42,291 nucleotides of DNA from Octopus bimaculoides. Taxonomy: Eukaryota. Each line of letters opens with the position of its first letter. Within the stretch, counting starts at the first letter, position 1. Positions 38,070-42,291 of this stretch are shown here, one piece after another. Position numbers and translations under genes: made by a program. A model generated the notes under the pieces. It was not told the origin of the DNA, did no database searches, and worked only from the letters and a program-made list of their open reading frames with translations. The stretch is taken from assembly GCF_001194135.2 (NCBI RefSeq), contig NC_069000.1, positions 17,625,636 through 17,667,926 of the forward strand. Direction: 5' to 3'.

Positions 38070-38276
38070 CTTAAAGACACAAGGCCTGAAATTCTAGGGA
38101 AGGAGACTAGTCGATTATTCGACCAGAGTGTTTCACTGGTTCTTAATTTTTCCATCTCGAAGGGGATGGAAAGCAAAGTCAACCTCGGCAGAATTTGAAC
38201 TCAGAACGTAAAGATTGACAAAATGCCGCAAAGCATTTTGCCCGACGTGCTGACGATTCTGCAAGCTCGCCGCCTT
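38070..38276 (-). mobile_element. SINE family A copy
   Basis: Reverse complement gives ggcggcgagcttgcagaatcgtcagcacgtcggg...gagttcaaattctgccgagg. Confidence 0.85.
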
Positions 38277-38573
38277 GAAAGAGAAATAATAATGATACAT
38301 TATATGATAGAATCCTTATTACGCGATTTCTGAAAAAAAAGATTGGATGGTTACAACTGGAGCGTTTTTGATCATAAGATCAGGGCTGGGGCTAGCCTGG
38401 TGGTAAACGACAACAAATATAACCACTAATACTAACTTTGTATACTATATACATTATATTATATTGTTATACTACACTATGTCAGAATTAAAGACGGAAT
38501 GGTCACAGTTAGAAGGTCAGATTTGCTACATCGGCGCTGACCTGTGGTTAAATAACAACTATAGTTACTAATG

Positions 38574-38613
<40 letters not shown>

Positions 38614-39253
38614 NNNNNNNNNNNNNNNNNNNNNNNNNNNNNNNNNNNNNNNNNNNNNNNNNNNNNNNNNNNNNNNNNNNNNNNNNNNNNNNNNNNNNNN
38701 NNNNNNNNNNNNNNNNNNNNNNNNNNNNNNNNNNNNNNNNNNNNNNNNNNNNNNNNNNNNNNNNNNNNNNNNNNNNNNNNNNNNNNNNNNNNNNNNNNNN
38801 NNNNNNNNNNNNNNNNNNNNNNNNNNNNNNNNNNNNNNNNNNNNNNNNNNNNNNNNNNNNNNNNNNNNNNNNNNNNNNNNNNNNNNNNNNNNNNNNNNNN
38901 NNNNNNNNNNNNNNNNNNNNNNNNNNNNNNNNNNNNNNNNNNNNNNNNNNNNNNNNNNNNNNNNNNNNNNNNNNNNNNNNNNNNNNNNNNNNNNNNNNNN
39001 NNNNNNNNNNNNNNNNNNNNNNNNNNNNNNNNNNNNNNNNNNNNNNNNNNNNNNNNNNNNNNNNNNNNNNNNNNNNNNNNNNNNNNNNNNNNNNNNNNNN
39101 NNNNNNNNNNNNNNNNNNNNNNNNNNNNNNNNNNNNNNNNNNNNNNNNNNNNNNNNNNNNNNNNNNNNNNNNNNNNNNNNNNNNNNNNNNNNNNNNNNNN
39201 NNNNNNNNNNNNNNNNNNNNNNNNNNNNNNNNNNNNNNNNNNNNNNNNNNNNN

Positions 39254-39758
39254 GTAATCCGGGAAAATCAGTAATTCGGCACTAATTCCGGCTAGAAAAA
39301 TTTCAGAAAATTTCAAATTTCCCGGCTCGCCGCTACGATATGTTGGCGTTACTTGCTGCATAAACACACTCGCATCATTTGTAAACAAAGCAGGCCTTTC
39401 CTGTTTGTTTTTTTTTTGTTTTTTGTTTTTTTATTATTATACTTTTTTTCACTTTTCGCTCAAGCCATGGTTCCAATGCACAAGGAAGTGCTTCTCGTGG
39501 TGTAAGGCGTAAACACCATACATTGTCCATAAAAGAAAAAATTGAACTGTTGAAATAACTTAACAGCGGTGTGTCTGAAAAGATTGTGTGAATTATACAA
39601 CGTTGGATCTTCGACAGTATATGACATGAAAAAACAGAAAGACCAATTACTCCGTTTCTTTACTAACAGTGAGTCAAAGAAAGAAATGATAATCCTGCAA
39701 AATCACTAATCCGACACTCTCCAGGTCTCAATGGTGTCGGATAATCGGCAGCTAACTG
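39254..39758 (+). mobile_element. Internally deleted Tigger-like element
   Basis: Remnant [46 protein letters not shown] (HTH_psq of Tigger/JRK-type proteins). The right end ...ACTG is followed by TA; the left end abuts a gap. Confidence 0.8.
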
Positions 39759-40045
39759 TACATATATATATATATATATGTACAGTTAATATCATATATA
39801 TATATATATATATATGTACAGTTAATATCAGTAAATATCATAAGATAAATATAATCTTTTTATTATATTATATTATATTTATCTTATGATATTTACTTNN
39901 NNNNNNNNNNNNNNNNNNNNNNNNNNNNNNNNNNNNNNNNNNNNNNNNNNNNNNNNNNNNNNNNNNNNNNNNNNNNNNNNNNNNNNNNNNNNNNNNNNAT
40001 ATATATATATTATTTATATATAATTTCTTATGTATTCAACAACAG

Positions 40046-40333
40046 GCCTTGAAATGCGCACGCACAGTGGTTCCATTCCGGGTTACGAATCGATGTTGAC
40101 AATTCTGCCTGATCAGAAAGTGGGTGCTTTCATCACCATGACTGGTATAGGAGGCAGTAAAGCTACTGTTATCAAAGCACTCTTCAATATGTTTGTCCTT
40201 GATCTCCTCCTGGGAAAGCCTGCAAGGATTAGCTACATCAACGTCTGTCTTATGCTCGATGATTTAGTGGCTCATCTGGAGCGGGAATATTATCAAAGCC
40301 GACCCAACTTTAAACCACGTATCTGGAAAGGAG
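40046..40333 (+). CDS. Serine beta-lactamase/PBP-family gene, internal exon D
   Basis: Acceptor caacaacAG, donor G|gtaact, phase 1 to phase 1; joining to exon C gives G+GC = Gly. Peptide LEMRTHSGSIPGYESMLTILPDQKVGAFITMT matches H[TS]G...G..S...L.PD...G..V.TN. Confidence 0.92.
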
Positions 40334-40495
40334 GTAACTATTCAAAATACTGCTTTTTTTTTTTTTTTCTGAGATACGCTATAAATGTAATCACATTTTT
40401 CGTGTAATTTGTATGTACCACTACACATACACCGGTTCCATTTTCCGGTCGTGTTGGGGCGCTTATATGTACACACACACACATACACGTGTGTG

Positions 40496-40598
<103 letters not shown>

Positions 40599-41239
40599 GA
40601 TACAGAGATTTTCAATATTAAAAACACATTGTAGTGCTCAAATGATTTGGACTTAACACTCCGAAACCTTTACCAATGACCAAGTCCGCGAGATAAATAG
40701 TGGCTGTAAGAGGAATTCAGGCGAGCAGACATGGAGATGCAAATAAACTAGTTAAATGAAGATTACATTGTCGTGAAGGCAACTCAAGTTCACTCACCGG
40801 AGATGTAATTACATCCATACATACATACATTGATGTAGTTACATAGTTACATACATAGTTACATAGATGTACAAGAAATCCACATTGCTGCAGTATTCAT
40901 CTTGAGAAGGCTTCTCGTATAGACCTATAATGCTAAAAAGCTCAGAAGTATCAGTAGCAGACGAAAAGCGTCCAACGTTTATCATCAGCTAACTGAATGT
41001 GGTTTTTCTTACAGTATATCCAAGATATACAGACTTCCATACATACTAAGTATGTACGTACAACCATACATACATATCAAGAATTCTCCCGACGTTAGAC
41101 GATGCATGAGGGTTCTACAATCTCTTGCTAAACGACCACACACGTGATTTATTTGCAGTGGTCAAATGTTTGTGCTCCCACAAGCTCACTCACTCCATCA
41201 AATCGACATTACCTGTACAGGCGAACGATGTGCCACATG

Positions 41240-41395
41240 TCAGATGACGAAGTGATCGCAGACTCAATTCGTACTTATTTTGTCAATCCTGAAAGATGAA
41301 AGGCAAAGTCGACCTCGGCAGAATTTAAACTCAGAACTAAAAGACGGACCAAATGCCACTGAGCATGTTGCCCGGTGTACTTAACGGTTCTCATC
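41240..41395 (-). mobile_element. SINE family A copy
   Basis: tgaaagatgaaaggcaaagtcgacctcggcagaatttaaactcagaac is the reverse complement of the family A core. Confidence 0.8.
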
Positions 41396-41833
41396 GCCTC
41401 TTATGAGTATATATTAACACCAAATAAAAGGAGACATTTGACCTTTACGCTATTAACTCAGTTACAAAACTGTTTGGTTTGCTGTTGTTCTATTAAACAG
41501 CATAATGTATGTTTGATTACCCTTCCGACGCTTCATACATTTATCTTGTCTTTCGACACAACTTTGCCTGCCGGAGTCCTATAACGCTTTTTGAGCCAGA
41601 AACATGTGCCCACAACTGTCTTTTGTCTCCAGATAATCGGTTGATCTTTTCGTAAATGGCATATCTATTGCAGAGGTTTCTCGATTCTTGAACTTATTTC
41701 CTACTTCAGTCTAGGAGATAGTCGCAATTGCCGCCAAACATTTATTTTACCTTCTTTCGAAGTTAACATAATGATTATCAAGAATTATTTTGTATGGTAT
41801 TTGGTATACCTTTATTCGTTTTTGCTTGGTGTG

Positions 41834-41835
<2 letters not shown>

Positions 41836-41891
<56 letters not shown>

Positions 41892-42000
41892 GGCAGNNNN
41901 NNNNNNNNNNNNNNNNNNNNNNNNNNNNNNNNNNNNNNNNNNNNNNNNNNNNNNNNNNNNNNNNNNNNNNNNNNNNNNNNNNNNNNACAGACAGACAGAT

Positions 42001-42080
<80 letters not shown>

Positions 42081-42081
42081 C
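41836..42081. repeat. (ACAG)n/(AG)n/(AC)n compound microsatellite spanning a gap
   Basis: Directly visible. Confidence 0.95.
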
Positions 42082-42235
42082 ACACATATCGACATATATA
42101 TACATACACATAATTGTACATATATATAGGTTTGCACAAATGCGTGCGTGCTAGTGTGTGCGTGTATGTATGTGTATGTATATAGAATCATATAAATAAT
42201 AGGTATCTATATATATAAAAATGAGAATGTGTGTC

Positions 42236-42280
<45 letters not shown>

Positions 42281-42291
42281 AAAACTCGAGA

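Noticed and set aside
41560-41720. Candidate phase-1 exon (gtctccAG|ataatcgg...) continuing the gene, or a Tc1 N-terminal remnant on the minus strand
   Set aside because: The + reading stops after 7 codons (DNRLIFS*) with no family similarity, and the Tc1 similarity is too weak.

Overview
Animal (eukaryotic) genomic DNA. It is AT-rich and microsatellite-rich, with 10 assembly gaps. The SINE families and repeat landscape suggest a cephalopod such as Octopus (inferred from recall, not a database search). No bacterial operons, CRISPR arrays or rRNA genes are present. The only host gene I can support is a + strand multi-exon serine beta-lactamase/penicillin-binding-protein-family gene (PF00144-like). 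Four internal exons (20656-20826, 30986-31246, 37319-37590, 40046-40333) have canonical AG/GT sites and matching phases, and splice into about 330 aa without stops. The family YxN motif reads KSN and the LLxHxxG motif reads IFNQKTG, so this may be a catalytically altered or non-enzymatic member. The SxxK exon and the C-terminus are not visible in the window. The rest is transposon debris: three mariners, Tigger/pogo copies, a hAT MITE, CR1-like LINEs, a CRE-like REL fragment, a Helitron helicase fragment, a Penelope RT/GIY-YIG element, a tentative Sola-like remnant and many tRNA-derived SINEs. Non-coding highlights are minimal type I hammerhead ribozyme motifs inside inverted-repeat structures (16.6-16.95 kb and 35.5 kb), a SINE/LINE shared 3' tail with compensatory stem changes, and a 56-nt copy of an exon segment in the following intron.
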